From: Catajapyx aquilonaris | Taxonomy: Eukaryota | DNA: 35,538 nucleotides | Reading direction: 5' to 3' | Assembly: GCA_000934665.2 (NCBI GenBank) | Contig: JYFJ02004015.1 | Coordinates: 1 to 35,538, forward strand | In this document: in pieces, positions 1 through 14,806 of the stretch | Position numbering within the stretch: position 1 is the first letter of the stretch | How the letters are laid out: each line of letters begins with the position of its first letter | Program-made: the position numbers and the translations under genes | Notes under the pieces: generated by a model | What the model was told of the DNA's origin: nothing | Database searches by the model: none | The model's input: the letters and a program-made list of their open reading frames with translations, nothing else

Positions 1-1816
1 ACCCTATTTATGTGCAATTAATTTATATTTCGTCATTTCCATATTCTCAACTGGGAAATATCAGGGTGAGCGAAATATTCTGGGTTTGGGCAAGTATTTT
101 TACCAGCAAATGGCCTGGCGCAAGTGTATAACCTACATTTCCGTATGCAGGGAGGTGAATTTATGCCAAGAGGGAAGAAATTGCGAATTGTCTACTTCAG
201 CAACCCTTATACTGCAAATGATAATTAAATAGTTGCATAATTCACAATCAGCAGCTATTTAATGAGAACCAACAATAATTTCTCTATGCTACTTCTTAAT
301 CTGGTTTCTCACAAAAAAAAATAATATCTTCACCGTGGGCATGTGAATTGCACTACCCTGTACAAAGTTATTTTGAGATCATTTCACAGCAGTTACTTTC
401 TCATTACAAGAACATATTACGGCTAGAGCAGCACTTGCAAAAAAAAATACCGGACGTATATTTTTGCAAACTGTAAGCACGCTAGGTTTGCTCATATATG
501 TGACGTGTAGACCAATCACACAGAGCTCTAAATCTGTCCGGTTTTGATTTTTCAAACCGCACACTAAATCCGGGCGATGCTTTTTTTTCCGGGGACGTAG
601 TAATCAAGATCAGAGTGTAATTCTCATGAGCCAATGATTTCAGCCATTCGATGGTCCCGGTTAGGTGTTACTAAGTTAATAGAAAACGTTATCGGGTTAT
701 CGAAAACCCCTGCACGGTGTAAATTGCATACGTGCTACAGATTTCGGTTAGGACCTTTAATGACTACTAATTGGAAAGTCTATGATTAAAGATTTTAGGT
801 TTTTCTACATACATTAAAGAGGGCCGCAGGCTTTTATACTTTATGGCCATTATTAGAGTTGCGTACACTGCACGCTGACCCTCACTGTATTATAGTACAA
901 GCCTTATTAGGCTACAGTTTAAAATGATCAAACTAATTAGCTGGGTCCATTACACAAATATGTTACTTACATTCCCCGACATTCCATACAAAAAGGAGCC
1001 TAACGCTAAAACTAGATGCAGTCATACTATTAAAAATTAGTAAAATGCTAACAAATCTGTGATGTGACACCTATTTGGCTCAAGACAATAATAGTTTGGG
1101 TGGAATACTGGAAAAGGCGCATAACAGCGTGAATTTAAGTAAACGTGCAAAAGAGACAGCTACGTCGTAATTTTGCGAATTTGCATTTTTTTCGAAATTC
1201 ATAAGGCAGCAGAAAGTGCAAAAATGTGATCGAGATTTTTATACAATTGGCTAAATTGGTCAATTTTTATTGACATCGTTCACAAAAATTAATAGTAGCT
1301 TTTGATATCTATTTAATAACCAGCTTAGGGTTAAAAATCGCTAACATTTCAGTAGGCCTAACATGCATATCCTGCCAAACCTTCAGTCGCTTTACATCAT
1401 AACTTACGGTGTACACAGCCCGTTTGTAAATTTTAGTTACACAAACTCTGAAAATCAAACACGAAACATTTCCGCACTACAGCACCATTCCCATTAGCAA
1501 TTTCAGACCTCAAAGCCCAGCTGCAGAAACCAGGCGAGTTGACCTGACCAACACTAGTGGCTGATAAATAAATAGCAAGCTGCTGACCTAAGACAGGCCA
1601 GTGTGACCATTACATATTAATCTGGTACGAGAGAGAGAGAGAAATGTTGCCTCGGTTGACCTTCCGAGCAACACTTTTTTTTGGAGGTATGGGTGAGAGG
1701 TGAAAAGGACCATTAGAGCTCCGCCTCCTAAAAGTATTTTCAGGTACGCTCGATGCCTTCCTGTGAAAGCCTCCCGGTGCATTATTCAAATGGTCCTCCC
1801 AGAACCCAACACTCAC

Positions 1817-1961
1817 CTCTGTTTCGGAGTGGGTCCTTTCTCTCCTTGAGGAACCTCTTCTTCTCCTTCCCACATGGGCATGGATATGGAATAGTGGAGG
1901 ATGAGCGTCCATATCAGGCCCAGGATTAACTTTAATTTGCAGTCAACTATGTCCGTCGAAT
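1817..1961 (-). CDS. FLN: Filamin, second coding exon (end of CH1, linker, start of CH2); gene continues beyond the left window edge
   Basis: Not in the ORF track in this frame. Acceptor ttgtatctttccag|AT completes G+AT = Asp, then [55 protein letters not shown]. Phase matches the 14422 donor; intron 1962-14421 is 12,460 bp. Confidence 0.96.
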
Positions 1962-4900
1962 CTGGAAAGATACAATGGGAATTGTAAAGAAATGCCCAAA
2001 AACTTTGCCAAAAAAATCAACATTTTTCAGGCCAAACCTACGAGTGATGTCACAAATCTGCCTGTGACGTCACATGTGTTGCTTACGGATGGCTCTGATA
2101 TATGATTCAACAAAGAGCTGAAAATTGATGACAACTTACACGCTTGAAGTGCAACCAACGCATGGAATGATTGATTAAGGAAAGTAACTCCCTAGTTCGA
2201 GCATTAAAATGCGATATATAATCTGGAATTGAGCGAGAGGAAGAAATGATCTGAAAAAAAGTGATGAATTTCTATGACACTGCCCTCTAAAATTTGACGC
2301 ACTCGGTGAGCTCACTTATTTGTCACATTCACCCCGCTCGAGCTGCCCTTATAGTCAAACAGCAGTGTCAAAACTTTTTTTTAACAGTTGTGGCGGACTT
2401 CCAAGCAAAAGTTCCAGAAGACTATCCCTAAAAAGGGGCTTTGGCCCAGCACATAAAGGATAGCCTGAGAGTCTGGCCAACACTCTTCCTATATACTCTC
2501 TTCCTCAACTTTTGTATGTCTACTCTGCCTGTAGACACTTTGTTCGTGGATGCAACTTGCAAGGATCATGTACCAAGTCCATATTACTTTTTCATCATTT
2601 GTTTGTTTAATTTTTGTTTAATTCAGTGGGATTGCTACGTTTTTCGTTTTCATAATTTTGTTGAAATTTCTGAACTCGGAGTTGATGCTAGCAAACCTTC
2701 GACTGCATCCACCGAAAATCTGTTACCGTCATCCGCGTCAGAGAACACTCGTAGTGGGGGGGAGGTCTCCAGGCTAATTTCTGAAGAGACATAACTTGGT
2801 GACGTGCAGCCTGATGGAAAACCGGGCGTAAATCACACCCGGCAGTGATGAGGCGTGCGAGATTCGCGAATGAGCGCCCTGGGAAATGCACGAACGTGGC
2901 TTGAAATTCCTACTTTTGCTCACCCCCCCCCCCCATATTCAACCTTTGAAGCCATATACTTTTCCGCACCTCCTATATATATTTTTTGCGCGCCAAACCC
3001 CTCCTTCCCATATAGACCTACCCCCATAGCACCTATCACCACCCCTCCCGAGGCCTCTTGCCCAGCAAACCGCGAGACGATTAAAGTTGGGTCGAAATGA
3101 GTTAGCTTGTCCCCTGGTAGGAAGTTCGTCTAATTAGGGGATCATTCGGCGAGAGATTTTCACAAGCAGTTGTGAGAGAGAGAGAAAAGTCCACCATTTT
3201 AATGCAGAATAATCTATAATATTAAAATCCTTCGGACCGAGTCCTCTGATTGGCCCGGGCTACATATTGTTGTTACCGCGTTACTTCCCATTGGCCCGCG
3301 TTCTACGCATGCTCAATGAACAGAGGAATGCCTCAGTCGTTCGCTGGAGGTCGGCGAGTCCTCATCTCCTCTCTCTTATTAAATTAAAATAACACCATAA
3401 AAATACAGTATATTAAATAAAATAATAATATAAGAGAGTGAACACCTTGCCAAAACTTAGCAACACTACCCCGGATTGTGGACGTAGTAGCATATTATCA
3501 CATAGATGGCGCAGCTTTCAGCACACTAGTGATGGCTCACCGCGGACAAACAGAGGCGCAGGCCCAAGCCAATTCCACATAAGATAACAACTTGTCAAGC
3601 AAGACAAATTTACATTACAGTATATGCAAATTTCTTTACTTACAGTGTGTCCAATATTTCAATTGCGCATGGTTTCCTAGAGCTATAAGTTCGCGACTTT
3701 AAAGTAGGCTTATATTATGTCGTGACTTGGTTTTTGATTTAAATGATAACAGTTGGAGAAGAAAATGTGTGCTGGGTATATATGGCGTGCACGTACAGTT
3801 TTGTTGGAATTGCAATCAGCGAGTAAGCCCAAACATTTATCAGCGTAATCTGGTATATGTGCAGTTAGACTTATCACGTTAGTACTGCACACACACAAAA
3901 AACCACTGCAGTCGGGATTGCATTTTTAGTATCGCTCTCCAGTGAAAATGGAGCCAGCATGCAATGTTGCATGAAAGGATAAGGCTCTCCCCGAGTTCTT
4001 TTTTTTCCTGAACTATAAGAGGCCAAATAAATTGCCCGTTTTCTTTACGAAAACCTACAAAAAGTTGTATAATCTGGTTGCTCACAATGCGCAAGTTGGA
4101 ATCATTACAGATTGTTATTCCAGCAACCAGTAGATCGAAGCATGTTCTATTCTCTTGCATGCTGACGTGAGTGCCCTACTCTGTATGTAACACAGAAGCA
4201 GAGCAATTACCCTATCATACGCACCCCTTTATGTTATTATACACATGCCATCTGAGCCGGAAGCCATTATTGCCTTCATTACACCAACCCCGCCACATTC
4301 ATAGACATAAAGTGCAATGTAATGCGATCAAGACTCACAAAAAGTGACCTCTCCAGCGTCGCCACGTGGAGCTCAAAGCGGAACAAATGATATCAAGACC
4401 CAAGAATGCGCTGTATTAATAAAAATGTCGTAACCAGCACTGATGGGCACTGGCTGGAATGCGAGTATTTTTTTTTGTGTGTATGTGCGGACTAGTCACT
4501 TCCATGTGGCCATCACCACAAATCAAAGTGACGTGCAGCGTGAGAATTTATGGTAATTATCCCCGATTATGACAAGTCAAGTCTCTCTACCCAGCTATGG
4601 TAATATGGGCGGGTTTGTTGGAAGCTTCGAAAACAAGCCCCCGCGCACATTAATAACAAGTTTCCTATCGACGGTACATCACAACGGTTATTAATTAGAG
4701 GGGGAGGTACATTGCCAGTCAGAAGCAAAGTACAGAGGTCAAATGATCCTGTCAAGTTTCGTCTGGGCCAACATATTAGGATATTCCTACGAGCGAGACA
4801 AATATCAGCAATTTCTCCTATTATTGTGAACAACAATGTGTTTGAGAATCATCAATATGACTTTTTTGGAAGTGCAATCGGGTGGATATATTTTTCATTA

Positions 4901-7900
4901 GATTTAATTTTCATCCGCGCGTCATGTGTCAGTGTGGGATGTCATCCAACACAGCCAATTCGCGATAAATCATCAAAATCGCGATAAATCATTGAATAAC
5001 AATAATTTTACGAGCGATTGATAAATTTATGATCCACTAATGCACAGTATGCAAAAAACATTAGAAGGAATTATTCCGAATGTCTGACGGCCATAAATTC
5101 ATTGCAGTATACAGACTCAGGAATGAGGGTTCCATTGAGACTGATTAATAATTTTGGTAGGCATTAAAAAGTATGTCTTGGAAAGTAACTGTTCAATAAT
5201 AAAAGGCTAGTTGTGAAAAATAAATCGCTTGCTGAAACAGACAAGACTTAATCAGCATGTATTATGCAAGAGCGGCACTTGGCTGCCTTAGGACCTGTTG
5301 TGCCGATTCAAATTAGGGAAGAAATCTTCCGGCTGATTTTGAGTAATTACATAAGAACTTAAGCAAGCTTTGTCCTAATTTTCGCTCGATGTACCCGGAC
5401 CTTACATAACTCATTTTTGGATTGATAAAATTGGTACTGAGGAATATCTGGCTCTGTTTGGATCAATCTGTTCGTGATAATCACTGCCATTAAACTGTAA
5501 TTGCCAGCAGTCTGTCTATTTGCATATTTCCACTGAGGACGCAAAATGCTATTATTAGTTTTAATTCATTCATTCGGTGTATATATTCCGCTTAATTACA
5601 CACCATAACTATAGCAAGTGTTTCAATAGTTCGACCAATTTAAAAAAATAACGTTACGCATCAATTCTTTAAAATTCGAATGTTGCAATTACAAGTCACA
5701 AATTTCGAGAAACAAGACCCATGTTATATGAATGGCAATTTTGGGAACACTGATGTCATTAATGTCATATTCTTTACAGCCGTTTTGTTGTCTTTTAAAT
5801 CATATATTTTATTCACTATACTTTATTAATTATTAAGCAACCCATCCTTGGGTACGCTTCGCTGGAAAGTTACCAAAACCCAAATCTCATCCGAAAAATT
5901 TCAGCCCCATATTATTTCCGCACTCTGCAAAGCATTAAAATTCCGCAATAATAACCACCTCAACTAGCAATTAGCGTCCAAGTGCAGCGACCTAAAAAGC
6001 ACAACACCCACTGCACCAGGCATGCAAACTGCGATTATTGTTTTTTTTAACTCGTTGTTTTTATGATTATTTAAACCAACGCTCGTTTTCAGACAGTCTT
6101 CCCCCTCCCCCTCCCCCATTGTTGTCAGCGCCTCTAGAGGAGGCGTCCCCTCAACACTAAGCATCTCACACAATTCCAGAATGGCACTTAAGGGAGAGGA
6201 CCCCCTTATCCGGATAGGAATTCTTGCCAGCATGAGTCCCTTTTGGTGGATGACAAATCATATTTTCCTGGGAGGGAGGAAATGTTGCTAACACTCCTTC
6301 CGCGTCATCCAATTAGCCCTTACAATACAGGCAAGGCTCCGGAACAAAACCAGCGCACGTCCATCTGAAGACCAGACCCACAAAACCCAGTCTCAAAATC
6401 TAGTCTATCTAAACACTGCAATAAAGGACAGAAGGTGGCTCGAGTTTCGGCTAAAAGCATGCCTCCGACCTAGATTTAAAAAACCTCTAAAATGGCTAGT
6501 GTTTATTATCAGCTTTCTTTTAAGAGGACGATAAAGAGCCCTGAAATGGAACCCACCAATTAACTTTGAATATTACGGTTATGGATTTTTTTTTTCTTTT
6601 TGCAATGAAAAAACCCGGTCTTGGCCAACCGGTCCAATATCAGGGCAAAATCCCAGTGCAATTTCGGTATCGGATTGTCTGCAGCTTCTTTCCAGATAAG
6701 CCTAGCTCCTGTGGGACTATACAACAATAGAAGCAAAGAATCCAGTTCATCTCTGACTCCTCTCAGTGTGTTCATCTGTTGACCTTTAGTAAACAACTTG
6801 GGCACTTCCAACAATATTTGATCCTATCTCAGTATACAGTAAGTAAAATAAACATTATTGTACAATTGTTGTAAAATGCGAAAATTTGGCAACCCTGCAT
6901 ATGCACCTTGTTCTTGAAACCAACCCGAGTGGGCGGCCGCTTCTAGACAAGAAGATGTGACCTTCAACTTGCACTTGGTGGTCAAACATGGTGACATCAT
7001 CCATTGAAAGGAATCAGGGGGTCTGGTATGCCGATTGGTCAATTTGCAAGGAGGCCAAAGTGCATTACGAACCGCGTGTGCATTTTTTTGCGAATTACGA
7101 TTAACTTATGCGGTTTTTACGATTGAATTTCTTAAACAGGTGGTCATGCCCCGTTACAATTCGTTTCGCACAAAATTATATCTGGGTACTCGAATATTTG
7201 CAAAATCGCATTGTTCTTTTCTGAGTGTGGAAGCCGCCTATATGCATGATAATGTAAATCAATTTGCAATTTTAAGCGCCATAAACACAGGATGCAATTA
7301 AATTTTAATTGGTCGTTTGCAGGCCTCGGTTGCAATTCTGGTGCATGGTCACCTTCATGGGGGATTACATGAACCGATATTTCAGACACTACGTTTTGCA
7401 AAATGATATAATGTGCATTGCAATTAATAGCACGTTATTGCCAAACAATTTACAGGCCATCATAAAAGTCACGCAGGTTGGCACAGCTCGCGGTGTATCA
7501 CAAATAGCCGTTCCTCCTAGCTATTATATATCATTTTACGCCATTAATAACTATTGCTACGTATTGTTATTTAAATTTGCGTTGTGTACATTTTTTACTA
7601 GTATTAATTTTGCGGCAACATTATTATCCTAAGCAATAACTGGACTTTTTCTTTCTAGGATCCTAGTTGATTAACCGTGGGTTTAAACTCCATTGCGACG
7701 TGCCCAGTGCGCTTTGGTTATTCTGCAGATACATTTGTAACTGTCAGCCAAGTTTGAATTAATTGGCACGCAGATCAAGAGATGTTACACACGCCAGTCA
7801 AGATAAGAGCGAGGTTTATCCGCCCGCAAAATCATATATCACCAGAAAAGATAAGACAAATATCAGCCACGTGTTGTTATTCTCGTCCGCAACAATTCGC

Positions 7901-8895
7901 TCACTCAACCACAGATGGCATTACATTCCTCACGCCATCTGTCATTAAACCGAGCCAACTAATGGCACATTTTCACAACTTTTTTTTTCTCTCTCTTTCT
8001 TATTCTTCCCTGGCAGAATAAAACCTGCTGCATCCACAGTACCACCTGACAACACGGCAAACTTTTCCCCAATAAATCCACGGAGGTCGCCCCGAGGCGA
8101 TGCATTCTTTGGGCCTACCAACTTGACGCCTAATCCTCACCAGCCACAGCCCCAATATCAAGGGTCACCCAAAAGCAAAACTTTTGCCTATAAAACTACT
8201 TTAAAACAACACTATAGTGCATACTCTGAAGTTTTGAAACTGCAATTGGCTAGTACTACTCAAAACTTGCCTTTTACCAAATATACTTTGGAACCACGAA
8301 ATGAGACAAAAAGGAGAGATCCATGTACTACTAGTCTGACGAGTACGTGGCGGCAGGTTTGGAGAATAAGAAAAAAAAATACCTGGGGGTTAATGAGCTA
8401 CTAAATCAGTCTGAAGGCCGTGTGTCCTTTATGTTTCTTAAACCGTTTTTTTTTCAGGATTATAACCGGTTACAAAGCTAGTTCCAATCGCATAAAACCG
8501 CGTGTTTGATACGGAGTTGAAATTAAATCGGGTAATTTTCTTGTTACTGAGTCCCCTTGTAGCTCAAATGTGCCATAAAAATCGCAACGACGAAGAAGTT
8601 CGGACCGACAAAAAAATTGGTATGTTGGAAGGTGGAAGGTACCGGTATATCGACCAGTTTGTGGCAGACGTATACTTCATAGAAAAACTCCCGAGGAAAA
8701 AAATTTATATAACGCCTCTGACAGCGCACCTTTTTCCAGCAAAAGAATCGCCCAGCCGGATTTTTCCGCTTGTTCTGTTCAAGTTTTCCAGTTGAAGTTA
8801 AATGCATGATGAATCCAATACCACATTTCTAAGAATTGCAACAAAAAATGCAGAATATCAATAATACCACGTACTACATGTCACTGTATGTTGTA

Positions 8896-8978
8896 TAGTA
8901 AAACCTGTCAAGTTGGACGCCTTAATATGTTGGACAGTTTCAATGGAACCATCAGTGTGCAACATACAGGTTTTACTA
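8896..8978. mobile_element. Small Tc1/mariner-type MITE
   Basis: 13-bp inverted termini TAGTAAAACCTGT / ACAGGTTTTACTA, preceded by TA. A similar short foldback (gaaacctgttt / aaacaggtttc) lies at about 21258-21317. Confidence 0.55.
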
Positions 8979-9929
8979 TTTATGACACAAAATTGTGATT
9001 TATTTAACTAGCCTGTTAGCTATTAGAATCATGCCCTATATCCTCACATTTGGTATGTGCAACATTAAAAATTTCCGGTAGTGCAGGCGGTATTACGTGT
9101 CGTACCTCATGCATCACTGCCACATTTACAAAGGTGACCTCGCCCCATGATGTCAATGTTCCTAGAATTTCCTCCTTCACAAACAACCTCTTCACTAGAA
9201 AAAAAAGAGACAAGCCCATTTACTCCTCTCACTTCTTGTTGTCGTAACCTCCTACTCTGCTGACCTAATCTAAAGAATTCCGGACTCTTTACGGTTCCTT
9301 TTGTGGTGGGGGACATATAGACTTGGGTGGGATCGAGCATAGATGTGTAAACCACACCGATGTGACATGGACCAAACTGGGTCAAATGCGATGCCGCCTA
9401 ATAAGGACCTTGCCTCCTGCACTCTCTCCAGGACCGAAGAGTGTGTCATTCTCTGCCCATAACATTCCATGGAAGGAGGTTATGTGGGTTAACTAGGTAA
9501 AGGTTGTAACTGGCTGCTGGGGGCCCACGAAACTTCAAAGTTCTCTCCGGTTCATTCGGATTGAGTGCCAATAAAATCTGCAGATAGCCCACCCCATAGC
9601 CCTACCCCTGTCCTTAGAATAGGGCCTCCGCTCTTCTCATTGGGTTCCTTTTGTTGCACCGAACTTTGACTGCAAAAAAGAAACCCAAATTGGAAAGATC
9701 GGCGAGTCAAGAGGCATCTTATTGGCTATCAAAAATCTGATTAGAGGAGGGGGGGTGCCCAGGACCCCTTATGACTCCCAGTTCAAGTGGAGTTTCTATT
9801 GGGCCAAAAATGCGCCTCAGCTTTGATATTGGTAATGGCATTACATTTACAGCCAGTAAATTTAGTAACTGCATTTAGGAAAGGATGACAGGGCCAGGAA
9901 GCACAGCTTATAAAGATGTCAGCTTCCGT

Positions 9930-10240
9930 TATTTACTTACATTTATGCTTACATTAGTGTATTTAGTTAATAACTTGTAATAATTGATCATTTAGCTAAT
10001 TAGTTATATGTAAACATCTGCTTAATTTTGTTTGTTTCTCATTTTGATTATTTATTAATCAAATTATTTCATTATATTATTCGAAATGTTTATTTCATTA
10101 TTTATCCATTTATTTACAGGATTGTTTATTGTGTCATCAATTTCTTAATTAACCGAATTGTTTACTCATTGTATTTGTTAATTAATTTAGGATTTCATTG
10201 CATAATTTTTAAATTATTTTATTAACATATTAATTATTAT
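9930..10240. repeat. AT-rich low-complexity tract (degenerate ATTT-like)
   Basis: Very T-rich, with recurrent attt/ttat units. Confidence 0.7.
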
Positions 10241-13200
10241 TGAGTGCATATTGAACGTCGCCTATTAGTGTAGGATGTTTTCATGTTATTTTCAATGAAT
10301 AAAATTCCTCACCAATGAGCATTCCTTCAGAGGGAAAAGTTTGTGTGGTATTGTTCCGTTGTTGTTTGTTTTCATTGTTTATTACACCCTAGAACAAAAG
10401 TGACTTCTTAACAATCAGCTTAGTGCCAGACATGAAAGGAAGAGTAACACCTTTCCCTCCAACAACATGGGGTCACGCCACTTGCAATTTGCTCACCATC
10501 CTCCCTCCAAATATTAGCACAGTTACACGGCACATTCCACACCCCTTAACACCTCAAGTTAACCCCACACTGGGAGTGAACTTGTTGCACGTACAGCCCT
10601 TGGCGTGGTCCATACTCATCCCTCCTAATTTCACGGAGCGGTCACAAGTTGCGGCGTGTGACCCTCCAAAAAAACAAACAAAAACGTGACAACCGGATGA
10701 AAAAGAAAAGTACCACAAAAGCCGCGCAAAAATTGGTCCCAGCATGAGGCGGAAACCTCACCAATTTTCCGGCCTCCAAAATTACATTGCTTGGTTTTTG
10801 GGAGCGACGGCGACGTTTCCTTTTCCCGCCACCACCGTTTGCGCCAATCAAAGGAAATTAATTTGGAAGTACCCGTTTAAAAGGATGGAAGACGTCCTAA
10901 TGTCATTTTGAGAAAAAAAAAAGAGGTCGTGTCCCATCAAATTCAATCAGGTTGTTTGCATGTTATGTGCGTCACGTGTACCGTTTGTTTGCTCTGTAAT
11001 GTACTCTGAACAGTCCACCTAAGCGAAACCCATATCCGCAGGCAAATAACGACATCAACTTGCATCCGCCTCATGCTGTGTGCTCATTGATTGCACCTTT
11101 CTTCCATTGTGTCACATCATGCAGCACAAGTAGGCCGGCCAAACATTCAGTCCAATCAGCAAATTTAATTTTCAATGTATTTCATTTATACTTATTTCTA
11201 CAGTTGTTCGCTTCATTTTCAATTCAGTTTGCAAAATCCGCAACTACATTAGGGTTTCTCCAATCCGACCACTCCCTGACAACAACCCAACAATAGAAAA
11301 AAAACGGGGCCAATCTCCCAGTTTTGCTGGAGATAGCCGAGGCGTCGGAGAAGCAAATTTTCCGGAATCGTAGTCGCAAAGGCTTGCTACAAATATGAAA
11401 GTAGTCTCCAAGCTAGAGACGAGCCATAGAGCATGGTAGAGGGGAAAAAAAACTACAGTGTGCTTTAGGAAAACTGTACAAAAAAATCCTGGAAGGACTT
11501 TTTCTGAATGGAACCTGGCCCAAATCCAGGCACGTTTATAAAGCTTTTCCATTCCACACATCTCTCTGAGTATATACCCCTACCCACACTATGCATCCAC
11601 TATACCTACCGGGTATACAAAAGCGGTGGCCAGAATGGGAGGGATTTCCACAAGATTTACCTACCCGTGGCCTCGGATGATTCTCGCCTCGGATGCTGTA
11701 GAGGCCTTACATTGGACCAGAAAGAAAAAGCGCAATATTGACCCAATTAAAGGGAGGATAAACAACGGCCGGGGCATTCAAGAGAGACGTGCTTATATAA
11801 CTACCCGCGAAAACACAACATAATTACAAAAAAATAATTATTTTTATGTTATTAATAACTACGAATCTGTGGAAAATATTGCAAACTGTGGACGATGTTC
11901 ATATTTGCGAATTTGGGCCTGGGAATAAATCGATTTCTTTTCCTCCCGGTTCTTTCCTCTGCTTTACATGTAAACCGGTGTTTGATTGATCGGCTGGATA
12001 TTTATGGCCGGATTTTATTCTTCTCAGCTACGGTTTACACACAAAAAACTGGCAGGCCGTGACGTAACAGATTGCGGCTGGAATAATATCATTTTTAACC
12101 TTATATGCAAGGGTGTAGTGAACGACACTTTTGACAATGGCTTGTTTGTAAATTTTTTTAAAAGAGGTGTAATTTATGACGTAATTCATACCAACCGCAT
12201 TTATGGTGGTGCAGTGAACGCTTTGCAAACTTGCTTTAAAAAAAAAAATCGCGGCCCTGACTGCGTTCATGAGGTGATTGTCCTGCTGGAGGAACATTGA
12301 ACGGAGAGAATACCCCAGCCTATTCATGTAGGGATAAACATCTACCGTTTGAATCGCCGAGGTATTTCATGCGTGGGAGTGGTGCACACACATGGAAAAA
12401 AAAATTAGCAACGTTTTTGCATCATTCAAATAAGCTGGTTTTGGCGACGTGTGTAATTACTCGGTGTGCCTATTATTTTATTTACGGCAACCGGTCCCAC
12501 CGGCGAGGTTTTCTGGCATTCTTGCCTAATCCGGGCTCTAAAAACTCTGAATAAGTCAGGATCAAATCGAACAAGCTGAGGAGGATTCCCCAAGGCGCAT
12601 TCACACAGCGGCTTCTATTTTTTTCGTTATTCAGCAAGCCAGAGTTTATTTGCTTCTACCTGCACAAACGGGCTTGCTGTTTCACTGTACTGAACAGAAA
12701 CAGCAACACAAAAATGCACTGGCAAAATTACGTATGATAAATGAGAATAACGACAAAAGATTTTTAAATTCGCAAAAATTCTGCAAAAAAACAGAAAGTG
12801 CAGACAAAAATTTCCTCGTTTTTAAGAACATCGCGTGCAGGCTCCAACATTTGAGCCAAAATGTCAAATTCAATTTGCAAATTATTTTACAATTTACAAT
12901 TGCGAAAAGGAACCATTATCAAAAAAATAAAAATGGCAGGAATTAAAATTGTAGCAGTAATTAACACATAACAAAAATTAATAAAAAAGTAAAATGTGAA
13001 CAATTACGCAAAAATAAAAACTTTCCATATATTTAATTCGAATTGCATTTAAATCAAATAAATTGCGTGAAAATTACAGTCTATTAAAAACGAAATATGA
13101 AACTCAGTCAATTAGACCTGTACTGAAATAGTTAACATAAATTCAAATGCTTAATTTAAATTTTAATTCGCACAATCACAATCACGTCATTTTCCCAAAA

Positions 13201-14421
13201 TGGGGGTTGCCAGCGACGACCAGGTACATTCACCTGGTCATCTCGTACGACCATTTTTAATTCAAACCTGAAAATTTTAGTGAATACCAATTAGGTCTAC
13301 ATTAAAATATCTTCCATCAATCTAAGTGATAAATTTAAACATAAACTTAAACTCAACTAGAAATTGCATTTAAAATTATAAACGTCGGGTTTTCGCCTGT
13401 AGCCCATAAAATACGTCCCAAAAATGAATGAAAAATGCAATCTGGCCGTGACCAAAGTGGCAGACCGTGACGTCACAGCTCGCGCACCCCGCTTATAATC
13501 CACCCCCTTCACCGCCCCCTTCTGATCTCCTGGCCCAGAAATCGGGTTGAAACTTCCCAAACTATCGCCTCCTCCTCCCCCCTTTACACACCAAGCCTAT
13601 TCTTCCCTAGGGTTCAACGCACCACCGCACTGTAGCGTAATTTGCAGCCTTCCTTCATTAGCGCAGACGAGGAAAATGCCTCTTCATCCCTAAGTGTCGG
13701 GAGGGACTGGCATAACCTCAGCCAGATATTAACCATCTAACTACGGGGCTGGAGATACCGCGAGGGGGGGACAAGGACATGTCCTAAAATGAAATTTTAT
13801 GCCTAGAAAACCCGGGCAAGGACGAGTCAAATTAACAAAAGGACGGGAAAACCACAGCGGCACGGTTTGTTTGGATTCGTATGAAAAGCTTGGTGATGAA
13901 CCTCCCAGGTTTATGGACAGAACCACGGAGGAAATTAAGCCTGCGGACACCCCCCAGAAAGCAATCCGGCGTTCCGGAAACACTTCATACAAACTGGGAA
14001 GCTGGAGGCTAATAGGTCGATTCTGCAAAGTGCCAAGTTGCACGTCAAAGTCACTACCTCGCGAAACATGTTACAGTCAGGCCAATACCTTGAGGCACTA
14101 TGTATTTGTATAGTTCATCCAAAAACATGTGGAATTTCCCGCCAAAATTACACGTGACATGTGGCTGTATAACACGGCAAAAAGATTGTCGCACTGTATC
14201 TGTGTGGTGTCCGCGACTTTTTGTTTGTCCTGCCGTCGCCGGGCTGATTGGGAGTAGACACCGTCACCCTGCAACGACCCTTGTGGCAGGAGGGTAAACA
14301 GAAAGTCGCGGACAGAGTGCGACAATCTTTTTGCGCGTTATAGTACTGTACGATATTGCACCTGCTCGGTTCTCGCTAGCACATGTCGCATTTGAACACC
14401 ATAAGTGACACTGATCCTCAC

Positions 14422-14806
14422 CAATGTTGACGATCTTGATCCCCTCGTCCTCCTCCAGAAACTTGAGCACCACCGACACATTCTCCAGCTTCTGCGACCT
14501 GAAGGTGGGCCTCTTGGTGTGCCTTGGCAGCCTCTTGCCGGACAACACCTCGACTAGTGAGACGAGCCTGAGCCCATCTGACAGGTCAGTCTCGAGGTTC
14601 CCGATGTGCTTGCTGACCGTCTTGAGATGCTCGTTGGCCCACCTGGTGAAGGTGTTCTGTTGGATCCTCTTCCACTGGGCGTCCTCTGCCAGGTCTCGCT
14701 CCGTGGCCACCATCTCCTCGTCGTCCCACTCCAGACTGGGCCTCCTGGCCTCCTCCGACCCCCGCCTAAGGCCCGCCTGCTTGCCTGCTGCATCATTGTT
14801 ATTCAT
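14422..14806 (-). CDS. FLN: Filamin (cheerio-like), first coding exon: N-terminal extension plus most of actin-binding CH1 domain
   Basis: Translation contains [27 protein letters not shown]...[21 protein letters not shown]...[16 protein letters not shown]...IKIVNI, the filamin CH1 signature. Ends AAC ATT G|GTGAGG (phase-1 donor at 14421). Probable acceptor ctcttgctctgtatttccag (AG at 14998-14997) makes 14807-14996 5' UTR. A second in-frame ATG at 14713 matches the usual arthropod start. Confidence 0.96.

Noticed and set aside
62..360. Possible hAT element (CAGGGT...ACCCTG)
   Set aside because: The TIR match is short and there is no 8-bp TSD. Other lone hAT-like ends (near 5745, 6890 and 13205) also lack partners.
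2134..2163. Possible alternative first coding exon of filamin (MRWLHFKR|GTAAGT, minus strand)
   Set aside because: It ends in phase 0, but the acceptor at 1961 needs phase 1.
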